DNA from: an uncultured bacterium | GTDB lineage: Bacteria; Patescibacteriota; Microgenomatia; UBA1400; MFAQ01 | NCBI GenBank assembly: GCA_963980225.1 | Contig: CAXBYW010000004.1 | Span: 13,007 to 77,006, forward strand | Length of the DNA stretch: 64,000 nucleotides | Direction: 5' to 3' | Part shown: piece after piece, positions 29,386 to 39,486 of the stretch | Layout: every line of letters begins with the position of its first letter | Numbering within the stretch: the first letter of the stretch is position 1 | Translations under genes and position numbers: made by a program | Notes under the pieces: generated by a model | The model's database searches: none | The model's input: the letters and a program-made list of their open reading frames with translations, nothing else | Told to the model about the DNA's origin: nothing

Positions 29386-30108
29386 ATGGGATTCAAAATA
29401 AAAGATTTGTTTGTAAGTGTAGAAAAAAAAGAAGTTCTCAAGGGAGTCAGTTTGGACATAGAACCTGGTGAGGTAGTGGCATTGATGGGTCCAAATGGGT
29501 CGGGGAAGTCGAGTTTGGCTTATGCTTTGGCTGGTCACCCTAACTATGTGGTAAGTAAAGGTAGGGTTGAGTTAGATGGAAAGAAACTGCTTAATAAAAA
29601 AGTAAATGAGAGAGCAAATATGGGTTTGTTTTTAGCGTTTCAGTACCCAGTAGGAATTGATGGGGTAAATGTTAAGGAAATTTTGATTACAACTTTAAGA
29701 GGAAGAGGAGAAAAGATATCTGCTTTGGAGTTGAAGAAAAAAGTAGAAAAAGAGGCGCAAAAAATGGGAATAGAGAAGGAGCTTTTGATGAGAAGTCTAA
29801 ATGATGGTTTTAGTGGAGGAGAAAAGAAAAAGATGGAGATGCTACAGATGAGCATCTTGAAACCCAAATATGCAGTTTTAGACGAAACTGACTCAGGTTT
29901 GGATATTGATGCTTTGAGAGTGGTAGCCGATGGGGCAAAAAAAGCGGCTCAAAAAGGAATGGGAGTTTTGATAATTACACACTACAAACGAATTTTAGAG
30001 TACTTAAGACCGGATAAGGTGTTGGTAATGAAAAAAGGCAAGATGGTGGCTCAAGGTGGGGAAGAGTTGGTTAAGATGCTTGAAGACAAGGGATATAAGA
30101 AATTATGA
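29386..30108 (+). CDS. sufC: Fe-S assembly ATPase
   Basis: [28 protein letters not shown]. Confidence 0.96.
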   Translation: MGFKIKDLFVSVEKKEVLKGVSLDIEPGEVVALMGPNGSGKSSLAYALAGHPNYVVSKGRVELDGKKLLNKKVNERANMGLFLAFQYPVGIDGVNVKEILITTLRGRGEKISALELKKKVEKEAQKMGIEKELLMRSLNDGFSGGEKKKMEMLQMSILKPKYAVLDETDSGLDIDALRVVADGAKKAAQKGMGVLIITHYKRILEYLRPDKVLVMKKGKMVAQGGEELVKMLEDKGYKKL

Positions 30109-31457
30109 GTAGTTTTAAGTATGTTTACAAATCTGGCAAGGGTTTAAATGAAAAACTGGTAAGGGAGATTTCTTCTTTGAAAAAAGAACCTGAGTGGATG
30201 TTAGAAAAAAGACTTGAAGCTTTGAAGATCTTTAATGATCTATCTTTACCTGAATGGGGTGCTGATTTAACTGGAGTTGATTTTTCTAATATTCACTACT
30301 ACTTAAAACCTTTACAGAATCAGAAAAAAAGTTGGAAAGATATACCAGATGAGGTAAGAGATACATTTGAAAAAATTGGAGTACCAAAAGCAGAGAGAGA
30401 GGTGTTGTCTGGGGTAAAGGCTCAGTACGATAGTGAGGTGATTTATGGGTCACTTAAAAAAAGTTTGGAAAAGAAAGGAATTGTATTTTTGTCTATGGAT
30501 GAAGGTTTAGTAAAGTACCCAGAGTTGGTAAAAAAATACTGGGGAAGTGTGGTGCCTTTGGGAGATAACAAACTAGCGGCATTAAACAGTGCAGTTTGGA
30601 GTGGAGGAAGTTTTGTTTATGTACCTAAGGGGGTAGATGTGGGCTTGCCACTACAAGCTTATTTTAGAATCAATACAGAAAGAGCAGGGCAGTTTGAGAG
30701 GACCCTAATCATTGCTGATGAGGGGAGTAAGGTGCACTATGTGGAGGGTTGTTCCGCACCGGCATTTTCTACAGGGTCTTTGCACTCGGCGGTAGTGGAG
30801 GTGATTGTAGAAAAGAAAGCAAAGGTAACTTATACCACTGTACAGAATTGGTATAAAAATGTTTATAACTTGGTAACCAAAAGAGCTTTTGTAAAAGAAG
30901 AAGGGGAGATGAGATGGGTAGATGGTAATTTGGGAAGTAGGACGACGATGAAGTACCCTTCTTGTATTTTGGCAGGTAGAAAAGCTAAGGGAGAGATGTT
31001 GTCGATTGCTTGGGCAGGAAAAGGTCAACATCAAGATACGGGAGCAAAAATGATTCACCTGGCCCCAGAGACCACAAGTCAGATTATTTCTAAATCTGTA
31101 AGTAAAGAAGGGGGTAGGGCTAGTTATCGAGGGTTGGTGCATATAAATAAGGGAGCTACCGGGGCTAAAGCTAAGGTGGTGTGTGATGCTCTGATCTTAG
31201 ATGATGAGTCTCGATCAGATACTTATCCTACAAACAAGATTTTTGAGAATGGTGCTAGTTTGGAACATGAAGCAACGGTGGGGAAAATTGGTGAGGAACA
31301 ATTGTTCTATCTAATGAGTAGGGGTATAAAGGCAGAAGAGGCAGAGGCAATGATTGTGAATGGTTTTTTAGAACCTATCATGAAGCAGATTCCTTTGGAG
31401 TACGCGATAGAGATGAATAAGTTAGTAGAGATGGAAATGGAAGGGAGTGTTGGATGA
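30105..31457 (+). CDS. sufB: Fe-S assembly scaffold
   Basis: [31 protein letters not shown]. Confidence 0.96.
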   Translation: MSSFKYVYKSGKGLNEKLVREISSLKKEPEWMLEKRLEALKIFNDLSLPEWGADLTGVDFSNIHYYLKPLQNQKKSWKDIPDEVRDTFEKIGVPKAEREVLSGVKAQYDSEVIYGSLKKSLEKKGIVFLSMDEGLVKYPELVKKYWGSVVPLGDNKLAALNSAVWSGGSFVYVPKGVDVGLPLQAYFRINTERAGQFERTLIIADEGSKVHYVEGCSAPAFSTGSLHSAVVEVIVEKKAKVTYTTVQNWYKNVYNLVTKRAFVKEEGEMRWVDGNLGSRTTMKYPSCILAGRKAKGEMLSIAWAGKGQHQDTGAKMIHLAPETTSQIISKSVSKEGGRASYRGLVHINKGATGAKAKVVCDALILDDESRSDTYPTNKIFENGASLEHEATVGKIGEEQLFYLMSRGIKAEEAEAMIVNGFLEPIMKQIPLEYAIEMNKLVEMEMEGSVG

Positions 31458-31945
31458 GGTATAAGGTGACATTAGATAAACCAGGAAAGAAAGATGTGGT
31501 AGTACCTTTTTTGAAAAAGGGAGAAACAGCAGAGGTGTTGGGGTTGGTGCTTGGGGGAAAACGAGGTGATTATGAGTTGAATGTAATTATGGAACATAAA
31601 GTGGGTCAGACAAAAGGGAGGGTAGAGATAAGAGGATTTGCTAAGAATGGAGCTAGGGTGAAGGTTACTGGTTTGATTAAAATAGATAAAAAAGCTCAAG
31701 AAGTGGATGATTTTTTGGAGATGAGGGTTTTAATGTTAGATGATAAGTCCTGGGCGGTAGTAGAGCCAAGATTAGAAATAGAAGCTAATCAAGTAAAGGC
31801 GTCTCACGCAGCTACGGTAAGTAAGATTAATGAAGAGGAATTATTTTATTTGGCCAGTAGAGGAATTGATAGGGAAGAAGCAGAGGAGTTGATTGTTGAT
31901 GGGTTTTTAAAAGATATTACTGATAAAATTAAAAGCAATGTTTAA
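31454..31945 (+). CDS. sufD: Short SufD-family protein
   Basis: [25 protein letters not shown]; only 163 aa. Confidence 0.85.
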   Translation: MRYKVTLDKPGKKDVVVPFLKKGETAEVLGLVLGGKRGDYELNVIMEHKVGQTKGRVEIRGFAKNGARVKVTGLIKIDKKAQEVDDFLEMRVLMLDDKSWAVVEPRLEIEANQVKASHAATVSKINEEELFYLASRGIDREEAEELIVDGFLKDITDKIKSNV

Positions 31946-33182
31946 CATAAAAAAAGTAAGGAGTGATTTCCCAATTTTAAAAAGAAAAATAATGGGCAAG
32001 AAACTGGTGTATTTAGATAGCGCTGCTACAAGCCAAAAACCCATGCAGGTAATTGACTCGGTTGTTAATTACTATAAAAATCATAATGCCAATGTTCATC
32101 GAGGAGTACATACTTTAAGTGATGAATCTACAGAAATGGTGGAAAATGCGCGAAATAAAATAGCTGATTTTATAGGTGCAAATTCTAGTGAAGAAGTAAT
32201 ATTTGTGCGCAATGCATCTGAGGGGATAAACTTGGTAATGTATAGTTGGGCAAGAAAGAATTTAAAGAAGGGTGATGTGGTTGTTATTGGTATGCAAGAA
32301 CACCACTCCAACATTGTTCCCTGGCAAGTATTGGTAAAAGAAAAAGGTTTGGAATTAAGGTTTGTTGATGTTGATTCAGAAGGATGTTTGGTGGATGAAT
32401 CTTTAATTAAAGTGTTAGATAAAAAAGTAAAACTGGTGGGGTTAACGCAAGTGAGTAATTTATTGGGAGTTATAAATAACATGGAAGATGTCGTTAAAGA
32501 GATAAAGAAAAAATCACCTATGGCAAAGATTTTGGTAGATGGAAGCCAAAGTGTGTCACATATGAAAGTAGTGGTAAAAAAAATGGGAGTGGATTTCTTT
32601 GCTTTTTCAGGACACAAGATGTTGGGTCCAACAGGAATTGGAGTTCTGTGGGGTAAAAAGGATATTTTAGAAAAAATGGATCCATTTATTTTTGGAGGAG
32701 ATATGATTAGTGATGTTAAGGTTGAAGGATCTAAGTGGAATAAGTTGCCGTACAAGTTTGAGGCGGGGACACCGAATATGGCGGGAGCAATTGGGTTAGG
32801 AGCAGCAGTAGAGTATTTGGAAAAACTTGGTATGGATAATGTAAGGAATCATGAGAAAAAATTGGTTGAATATGGTTTGAGGAAACTAGAGGAACTTGAA
32901 AAAAAAGGAGTAATAGAAATTTATGGTCCTAGAGATAGTGAGGTAAAGGGTGGGGTGTTGACCTTTAATATTAAAGGTGTCCATGCTCATGATGCAGCCC
33001 AGATACTGGATAGTTTTGGAATTGCAGTTAGAAGCGGTTTCCATTGTGCCCAGCCTTTAGCAGAAAAACTCAAGATGGGAGCAGCAGTAAGAGCGAGTTT
33101 TTATATTTACAATACAAAAGAAGAAGTTGATTTTTTGGTGGAAAAGATTTTAGAAGTGTTAAAAGTTTTTAAGATTAGATGA
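31938..33182 (+). CDS. sufS: Cysteine desulfurase
   Basis: YLDSAATSQKP, SGHKMLGP, RSGFHCA. Confidence 0.95.
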   Translation: MFNIKKVRSDFPILKRKIMGKKLVYLDSAATSQKPMQVIDSVVNYYKNHNANVHRGVHTLSDESTEMVENARNKIADFIGANSSEEVIFVRNASEGINLVMYSWARKNLKKGDVVVIGMQEHHSNIVPWQVLVKEKGLELRFVDVDSEGCLVDESLIKVLDKKVKLVGLTQVSNLLGVINNMEDVVKEIKKKSPMAKILVDGSQSVSHMKVVVKKMGVDFFAFSGHKMLGPTGIGVLWGKKDILEKMDPFIFGGDMISDVKVEGSKWNKLPYKFEAGTPNMAGAIGLGAAVEYLEKLGMDNVRNHEKKLVEYGLRKLEELEKKGVIEIYGPRDSEVKGGVLTFNIKGVHAHDAAQILDSFGIAVRSGFHCAQPLAEKLKMGAAVRASFYIYNTKEEVDFLVEKILEVLKVFKIR

Positions 33183-33532
33183 AGCTATATAAAGAAGAAA
33201 TAATTGATCATTATAAGAATCCAAGGAGATTTGGAGAGCTATCTAACAAGACTCATGAGGCAAGCGAAACTAATGCCTCTTGTGGAGATATGATGGAGGT
33301 TTATCTTTTTATTAAAGACGGAATTATTGAGGATGCGGCTTTTAAGGGAGTGGGATGTGCCTTATCGACAGCGGCGGCTTCAATGTTAATGGAGAATCTT
33401 GTGGGTAAAAAACAGGAGGATGTAAAAAAATGGGATGGCGAGAAAATTGAAGAATTAATAGGAGAGGTAAATCCAGGTAGGCAAAAATGTGTAATGTTGC
33501 CATTGGAAGCAGTCAGGGAGGCAGTAAAGTGA
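33179..33532 (+). CDS. sufU: SufU/IscU-family protein
   Basis: IDHYKNP, SCGD, GCA, RQKC. Confidence 0.88.
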   Translation: MKLYKEEIIDHYKNPRRFGELSNKTHEASETNASCGDMMEVYLFIKDGIIEDAAFKGVGCALSTAAASMLMENLVGKKQEDVKKWDGEKIEELIGEVNPGRQKCVMLPLEAVREAVK

Positions 33533-34233
33533 GTGTTGGGAAACTAAATACCAGGTTAGTTGAAAAGAAACATTTAGCGAATGGTTTTTGGTGGTTTGAG
33601 TTGGAGTTTAAAGAAGTTTTTGATTTTGAGGCAGGACAGTATTTGAGCGTGAAGATGAATGAAAAAGGAGAGATGAGAGCTTATTCAATTGCCACGGTTC
33701 CTGGGAGTAAAAAAATTGGCTTGTTGGTCGATGTGTCACCAGGAGGTTTGGGAAGTAAGTTTTTTTTGATGGCAGAAGTGGGAGATGAGATAGAAGTGTT
33801 GGGACCACTAGGTAGGTTTGTAGCAGACCCCTCTTGCTTTGAAGCTTTGGAAGGACTGGTTTTTGTGGCAACTGGGAGTGGAATAGCTCCAGTTAAATCT
33901 ATACTTGAGGATTTGTTGAAAAATAAAAAATATAAAGGCAGAGTCAGGCTAGTGTGGGGTTTAAGATTTGAGAATGATATTTTTTGGCAAAAAGACTTTG
34001 AGAAGATGGAAGAGAAGTATAAAAACTTTAAGCTCAATTTAGTTTTGTCTAAACCTAGTAAGAACTGGGAGGGAAGAAAGGGTCGGGTAACAGATCTCTT
34101 GGAAAAAATGGAAAAATTAGGCAGTCGACATATTTATCTTTGTGGTGGAAACGAGATGGTTGATGGTTGCAGAAAAAGCTTGTCTGAAAAAGGTGTTAAA
34201 GATAAAAATATTTACTTTGAAAAATATGGATAG
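33529..34233 (+). CDS. FAD/NAD(P)-binding ferredoxin-reductase-like oxidoreductase
   Basis: RAYSIA, GPLGRF, ATGSGIAP, YLCG, terminal FEKY; GTG overlaps sufU stop. Confidence 0.88.
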   Translation: MSVGKLNTRLVEKKHLANGFWWFELEFKEVFDFEAGQYLSVKMNEKGEMRAYSIATVPGSKKIGLLVDVSPGGLGSKFFLMAEVGDEIEVLGPLGRFVADPSCFEALEGLVFVATGSGIAPVKSILEDLLKNKKYKGRVRLVWGLRFENDIFWQKDFEKMEEKYKNFKLNLVLSKPSKNWEGRKGRVTDLLEKMEKLGSRHIYLCGGNEMVDGCRKSLSEKGVKDKNIYFEKYG

Positions 34234-34257
34234 GTTAATATTTGGTATGATTAGAAG

Positions 34258-34890
34258 ATGAAAGATTGGAAGATGATTTTAGGGGTAGTATTAGGAGCGG
34301 TGATTTTGGTGGGAGTAATGGTGTGGGGATTGAGCAAGATGAGTGGAGAACAGGGAGGGTTGAATGTAGAAGTTGATCAGTTAGTTGATGGAGCTGGATG
34401 GGTAACGGGAGGTGAAAATTATCAAGTAACGGTAGTCGAGTTCGCAGATTTACAGTGTTCTGCTTGTAAACAAGCGGAGCCAGTGGCAGAAGAGTTGAGA
34501 CAGATGGATGGAGTACGTTATGTTTACAGACATTTGCCGTTGTTGACGATTCATAAAAATACTTGGAGAGCAGCCAGAGTAGCAGAAGCAGCTAAAGTAA
34601 TGGAAAAAGGTTGGGAAATGGTAGAGCTTTTGTTTGAAAAACAGGAGGAATGGGCAGAAACTGGGAGTTTTGATAAAAAAGCTATGGATTATGCAATAGA
34701 GTTGGGATTAGAGGGGGGTAAGTTTGAGGAGCTTTACAACAGTAAAGAGGTAGAAGATCAGATAGTCAAAGATAATACTTTAGCAAATGAGTTGAGGCTT
34801 GGTGGAACACCTACGTTCTTTGTAGAAGGAGAGCAGGTAGCAAGTAGTTTTGTTTTGACGAGAGTTAGGGAAATATTAGAAAGTAATTAA
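34258..34890 (+). CDS. Membrane-anchored DsbA-like thioredoxin
   Basis: EFADLQCSAC, YRHLPL, GTPTFF. Confidence 0.88.
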   Translation: MKDWKMILGVVLGAVILVGVMVWGLSKMSGEQGGLNVEVDQLVDGAGWVTGGENYQVTVVEFADLQCSACKQAEPVAEELRQMDGVRYVYRHLPLLTIHKNTWRAARVAEAAKVMEKGWEMVELLFEKQEEWAETGSFDKKAMDYAIELGLEGGKFEELYNSKEVEDQIVKDNTLANELRLGGTPTFFVEGEQVASSFVLTRVREILESN

Positions 34891-35577
34891 ATGGAGTCTC
34901 TGGGTTATTTAGTAACGGTTACTGGTTTAATGAATGGTTTGAATCCTTGTGCCTTAGGGCTGATGATAACTTTCTTGGGATACTTGATGGTTTTTGGAGG
35001 TAAAAAGAAGAAGGACAAAAATATATTGATTCTGGGTGGGCTTTACTTGTTTGGGGTGGTGATAACCTACTTACTTTTAGGATTGGTGTTTTATCAGTTA
35101 GCGTATGGATTGCAACGGAGTGTTTGGGTGGGTCTGGTTAAGTATGTTTTGGCTTTTCTACTTTTTGTTTTTGGATTAATGCAAATCAATGAGGGTTTAT
35201 GGCCAGATAGTAAGTTTAAGATAAAGACACCTAAAAATTTAAATGTGTGGTTTGGAAGGTTGATGAAAAAAATAAATGGTCCGGTGGCAATTTTGGTAGG
35301 GGGGTTGACAGCGGTGATTTCTGCGCCTTGCACCTTACCAGTTTACGCGGGTACAGCTATGGTGCTTGCTAGATCAGGAATGGTTTCCGTTAAGATTCTT
35401 GGTTACTTTGTGTATTACAATTTGCTATTTGTTTTACCTTTACTCACGGTTTTGATATTGGTTTACAAAGGTAGGGAAGTTGTCGATATGAAGGAGTTTG
35501 GACACAGGAGTGAAAAATTCCTAAGGGTAGTGGGTGGAGTATTACTTTTGCTCTTAGGTTGGTGGATGATAGAATGA
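34891..35577 (+). CDS. CcdA/DsbD-like transmembrane electron transporter
   Basis: NPCA and APCT Cys motifs in 6 TM. Confidence 0.75.
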   Translation: MESLGYLVTVTGLMNGLNPCALGLMITFLGYLMVFGGKKKKDKNILILGGLYLFGVVITYLLLGLVFYQLAYGLQRSVWVGLVKYVLAFLLFVFGLMQINEGLWPDSKFKIKTPKNLNVWFGRLMKKINGPVAILVGGLTAVISAPCTLPVYAGTAMVLARSGMVSVKILGYFVYYNLLFVLPLLTVLILVYKGREVVDMKEFGHRSEKFLRVVGGVLLLLLGWWMIE

Positions 35578-35783
35578 ATTTAGATATAAGAATGGAGGTG
35601 AGTAAGATGAAAAAGAAACAGAAAAAAGATTTAGCTCAAGCTTTGATATATGGTTCAGTGGTAGCAGTAACATTGTCTGTCATCGGTATGTTGGGTACAG
35701 ACTTGTATTTAGCCAGTACACAGTGGTTGTTGGTGGGAGCCTTACTAGCACTTTGGGGAATATATTTACAAATGGCTAAGTGA
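35574..35783 (+). CDS. Small membrane protein
   Basis: 2 TM, in operon; start uncertain. Confidence 0.6.
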   Translation: MNLDIRMEVSKMKKKQKKDLAQALIYGSVVAVTLSVIGMLGTDLYLASTQWLLVGALLALWGIYLQMAK

Positions 35784-35784
35784 G

Positions 35785-36078
35785 ATGGAAAAAAAGATAT
35801 GGAGTGTTCTAGATAAAATTGATGACCCGGAGTTGGGAGTAGGTTTGGTTGGTTTAGGTCTTATTTATGAAGTAAAGGTAAAAAAAGAAGAAGTGAGTAT
35901 AAAAATGAGCTTAACTAGTATGGGTTGTCCTTTGTTTGATGTTATAGAGAGTGAGATAAAAGAGAAAGTAAAAAAAATAAAAGGAGTGAGTAAGGTAAGT
36001 GTGGAGTTAGTGTGGGATCCGCCGTGGCATCAGGACATGATGAGTGAAGAGGTAAAAGCAGAATTAGGAATAGATTAG
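35785..36078 (+). CDS. SufT/PaaD (DUF59) metal-sulfur cluster assembly factor
   Basis: DDPELG..LGLIY, LTSMGCP, VWDPPW. Confidence 0.9.
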   Translation: MEKKIWSVLDKIDDPELGVGLVGLGLIYEVKVKKEEVSIKMSLTSMGCPLFDVIESEIKEKVKKIKGVSKVSVELVWDPPWHQDMMSEEVKAELGID

Positions 36079-36094
36079 GGTATAGTAGTTGAAT

Positions 36095-36835
36095 ATGCAG
36101 ATTTTTAGTTTATGGATAGCTTTTGCAGCAGGGTTAGTGAGTTTTTTTGCTCCTTGCGTTGTGCCCTTGGTTCCAGCGTTTATTAGTTTTGTGAGCGGGG
36201 TCAGTCTGACTAAGTTAAAACTGAAAGGGATGAAAAGATATCGAAAAACCTTGTTTGTGTCGACATTGTTTTATGTTTTAGGTTTTTCTTCCATCTTTGT
36301 TTTATTGGGAGCAACGGCAGCCGGGGTAAGTGGTTGGTTGAAGATTAATTCGCAGTTAATACAAAGAGTTGGTGGTTTGCTGATCATCTTCTTTGGCCTG
36401 GAGTTTGCTGGAGTACTACGGCTGCCTTTTTTAGAGAGAGAGCATAGATTTAAGTTGCCTGATGGTTTTAAGAAACATAGCCAATTAAGATCTTTGTTGG
36501 TGGGGATGGTGTTTGGTATATCCTGGACTCCTTGTGTGGGAGTGGTGTTGGGGAGTATTTTGGTGTTGGCTGCTAATACGGCTACGGTTTGGCAAGGAGC
36601 ATTACTTCTGTTTGTGTATTCGTTAGGAATATCTATTCCTTTCCTGATTATTTCATTAACTCTTTTAAGCGCACCAAGGTATTTAAAGTTTTTGAAAAAA
36701 CATGTTGGCAAGATTAGCATGATAGCTGGATTGTTATTGGTTGCGTTGGGTGTTTTACTTCTGACTGATACATACAAATACTTAAATAGTTGGTTATTTG
36801 AAGTAGCATTCAGGTTGGGATATGAGATAAAATAA
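36095..36835 (+). CDS. ccdA: CcdA-family protein
   Basis: AGLVSFFAPCVVP, WTPCVG. Confidence 0.88.
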   Translation: MQIFSLWIAFAAGLVSFFAPCVVPLVPAFISFVSGVSLTKLKLKGMKRYRKTLFVSTLFYVLGFSSIFVLLGATAAGVSGWLKINSQLIQRVGGLLIIFFGLEFAGVLRLPFLEREHRFKLPDGFKKHSQLRSLLVGMVFGISWTPCVGVVLGSILVLAANTATVWQGALLLFVYSLGISIPFLIISLTLLSAPRYLKFLKKHVGKISMIAGLLLVALGVLLLTDTYKYLNSWLFEVAFRLGYEIK

Positions 36836-36839
36836 ATTT

Positions 36840-37280
36840 ATGAAGATAATTTTGGGGGCAGATCATGGTGGATGGCAGATGAAGAAAGATGTGACTGAGT
36901 GGTTAAAGGAGAATGGTTACGAGGTGAAAGATGTGGGAGCTGTGGAAGAAAAGAAGGATGATGATTATGTAGATTTTGCTATGTTGGTTGCCGAAGAGAT
37001 TCAGGGGGGTGGTGAAGCCAAGGGAGTTTTGTTTTGTAAGAATGGGTTTGGAATGGTAATGGCGGCCAATAGATTTACTGGTGTACGGTGTGGTTTAGGT
37101 TTTGACAAAAGAGCGGTGGAAAAAGGAAGGATGGATGATGACATAAACTGTCTGGCTATTCCATCTGAGTATGTGGATATATATAAAGCAAAAGAAATGA
37201 TAAGTGTTTTTTTAAAGACTGATTTTAGTGGAGAAGAAAGATATAAGAGACGATTGTTTAAGTTGGCTTCAATAAAATGA
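36840..37280 (+). CDS. rpiB: Ribose-5-phosphate isomerase B family
   Basis: GADHGG, DDYVDFA, FCKNGFG, AANR. Confidence 0.85.
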   Translation: MKIILGADHGGWQMKKDVTEWLKENGYEVKDVGAVEEKKDDDYVDFAMLVAEEIQGGGEAKGVLFCKNGFGMVMAANRFTGVRCGLGFDKRAVEKGRMDDDINCLAIPSEYVDIYKAKEMISVFLKTDFSGEERYKRRLFKLASIK

Positions 37281-37960
37281 TAACGATCATACCGGCGATA
37301 TTAGAGAAAAGCTTAAGGGAGTTTGAGGATAAGCTGTTTTTGGTGTGGGGGAACGTGGATAGGGTGCAGGTAGATGTTGTTGATGGTAAGTTTGCTGAAA
37401 CCACAACCATTGGTCCAGAAGACCTGGGGCAAATTGATACAGTAGTGGCGTTTGATGCGCATTTGATGGTGGAAAAACCGGAAGAATGGATTGGGCGATG
37501 TGTGGCTGGAGGAATAGATAGAGTTTTTGGTCAAGTGGAAAAAATGGAAGATGAAATAGCTTTTATTAGTGACGCTCAAGCAGAAGGGTTGATGGTGGGG
37601 CTAGCTTATGACATTGACACCCCATTGGATGGTTTAAAGGAGTATGTAAATGACTTAGATGCGGTGCTTTTAATGAGTGTGAAGGCAGGATCACAAGGTA
37701 GAAAATTTGATGATCGGGTTTTAGAAAAAATTAAACAGGTGAGAAAGATGTCAAAACGAATTAGTATTGTTGTGGATGGTGGAGAAAATGAGGAAAATAT
37801 TAAAAAGTGCATTGCAGCAGAATGGGCTGAAGAGATAGAAGAAGATGAGTTGAACAGATCAACTGCGTTGTTGGAGTTTGTGGTGGGAAGTCATTTGTTT
37901 GAAGAGAAAAATATTAAAGAGGAACTTTTGAGACTGCGAGGCTTGAGAAGCCATTCCTGA
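37277..37960 (+). CDS. rpe: Ribulose-phosphate 3-epimerase (divergent)
   Basis: IPAIL, QVDVVDG, DAHLMV, MSVKAG, VDGG. Confidence 0.8.
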   Translation: MITIIPAILEKSLREFEDKLFLVWGNVDRVQVDVVDGKFAETTTIGPEDLGQIDTVVAFDAHLMVEKPEEWIGRCVAGGIDRVFGQVEKMEDEIAFISDAQAEGLMVGLAYDIDTPLDGLKEYVNDLDAVLLMSVKAGSQGRKFDDRVLEKIKQVRKMSKRISIVVDGGENEENIKKCIAAEWAEEIEEDELNRSTALLEFVVGSHLFEEKNIKEELLRLRGLRSHS

Positions 37961-37972
37961 TATACTGAATTA

Positions 37973-38623
37973 ATGGTCAAAGATGTAAGTGAAATAGGGG
38001 ATTTTGAAAGAATTAAGACAGTGAGTTTTTTGGGCTATGCAGATGCAGAAAAGGGAGATAAGTTGTATGAGGCGGCCAAGGAGGTAGCCAGATTAATGGC
38101 AGAACATGGAGTGGTAAATGTAAATGGTGGAGGTCCGGGTGTAATGCGGGCGGCAACTGAAGGTGCACATGAGGGTGGAGGAAAGGCGTATGTGTCTACT
38201 TTTTATCCTAAGCACATAGAGACGTTTGAGGGGAAAGACCCTATGAATAAGGCGGATAAAGAGATAGTGATGAATACGTATTTAGATAGAACACTGAAGC
38301 TTTTGGAGTTAGGGAATGCCTACATTATTTTTAATGGAGGAACGGGAACAGTGAGTGAATTTGGTATGGCTTGGGGATTAGCTAAGTTATATATTGGACA
38401 TCATAAGCCCTTAATTTTATATGGGGAATTTTGGCATGAGATTATGGAGTCGTTTGCTACCAATATGCATATCCGACCAGAAGCCTTAAGAGTTTACAGA
38501 GTTGTAACGACACCAGAAGATGCTCTGAAAGCCTTGTGGCATTATGAGGAGGAACTAGGCATGCATGCAAAACATGAGCAAGGAAAGAATGGGGTGGATA
38601 TAGAGGAAGCCTTTAGGAATTAA
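37973..38623 (+). CDS. LOG-family nucleotide monophosphate phosphoribohydrolase
   Basis: GGGPGVM, GGTGTVSE. Confidence 0.8.
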   Translation: MVKDVSEIGDFERIKTVSFLGYADAEKGDKLYEAAKEVARLMAEHGVVNVNGGGPGVMRAATEGAHEGGGKAYVSTFYPKHIETFEGKDPMNKADKEIVMNTYLDRTLKLLELGNAYIIFNGGTGTVSEFGMAWGLAKLYIGHHKPLILYGEFWHEIMESFATNMHIRPEALRVYRVVTTPEDALKALWHYEEELGMHAKHEQGKNGVDIEEAFRN

Positions 38624-38630
38624 GATATCT

Positions 38631-39485
38631 ATGAAAGTTGAAGAGTTGCAAGATATGGCGAACAAGGTCAGAGAGATGGTAATAAAAATGTTGCTTAATG
38701 CAGGATCAGGACACTCAGCTGGTCCTTTAGGGTCGGCCGATTTTTTTACAAGTTTATATTTTGGGGATGTAATTAAGTACAAGGTGGATGATCCATGGTG
38801 GGAAGATAGAGATAGAGTGGTTTTGTCTGCAGGGCATTACTGCCCAGTTTTGTATGCAACACTGGCTGAGGTTGGGTTTTTTCCTAAAGAAGAACTAGAT
38901 ACTTTGAGGAAAATTGATTCAAGGTTGCAAGGTCATCCGCAGATTAAAAGTTTACCAGGGATTGAAAATACTAGTGGACCTTTAGGGCAAGGTGTAAGTG
39001 TTGCTGTGGGAATGGCTTTGACGGCAAAGTTAGATAAAAAAGATTGGCAGGTAATTTGCTTTATGGGAGATGGAGAACAAAATGAAGGACAGGTATGGGA
39101 GGCGTATATGAGCGCGGCCAAGTTTGGTTTAGGAAACTTAACATTGGTTGTTGATAGAAATAATATACAAATAGATGGGCAGACAGAAGAGGTAATGCCG
39201 CTGGAGCCGTTTAAAGCAAAACTTTTAGCTTTTGGGATGGAAGTATTTGATATAGATGGACATAATATTAAGGAGATAATAGAAACCTTGAAAATGGCTC
39301 GGGCTGTGGGAAAACCAAGTGTGGTGATTTTAAATACAACTCCAGGTAAAGGAGTGGAGTTTATGGAAAATTTAAGTGAGTGGCATGGTAAGTTGCCAGT
39401 CCAACCAGGAGAGGCAGTAGAAGCGCTGAAAAATATTCATGATATTAGAACTTTGGGTGGAAAAATTATTAGTGAGCACGAATAA
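38631..39485 (+). CDS. Transketolase N-terminal subunit
   Basis: SGH, LSAGH, LQGHP, GDGEQNEG TPP motif. Confidence 0.93.
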   Translation: MKVEELQDMANKVREMVIKMLLNAGSGHSAGPLGSADFFTSLYFGDVIKYKVDDPWWEDRDRVVLSAGHYCPVLYATLAEVGFFPKEELDTLRKIDSRLQGHPQIKSLPGIENTSGPLGQGVSVAVGMALTAKLDKKDWQVICFMGDGEQNEGQVWEAYMSAAKFGLGNLTLVVDRNNIQIDGQTEEVMPLEPFKAKLLAFGMEVFDIDGHNIKEIIETLKMARAVGKPSVVILNTTPGKGVEFMENLSEWHGKLPVQPGEAVEALKNIHDIRTLGGKIISEHE

Positions 39486-39486
39486 G

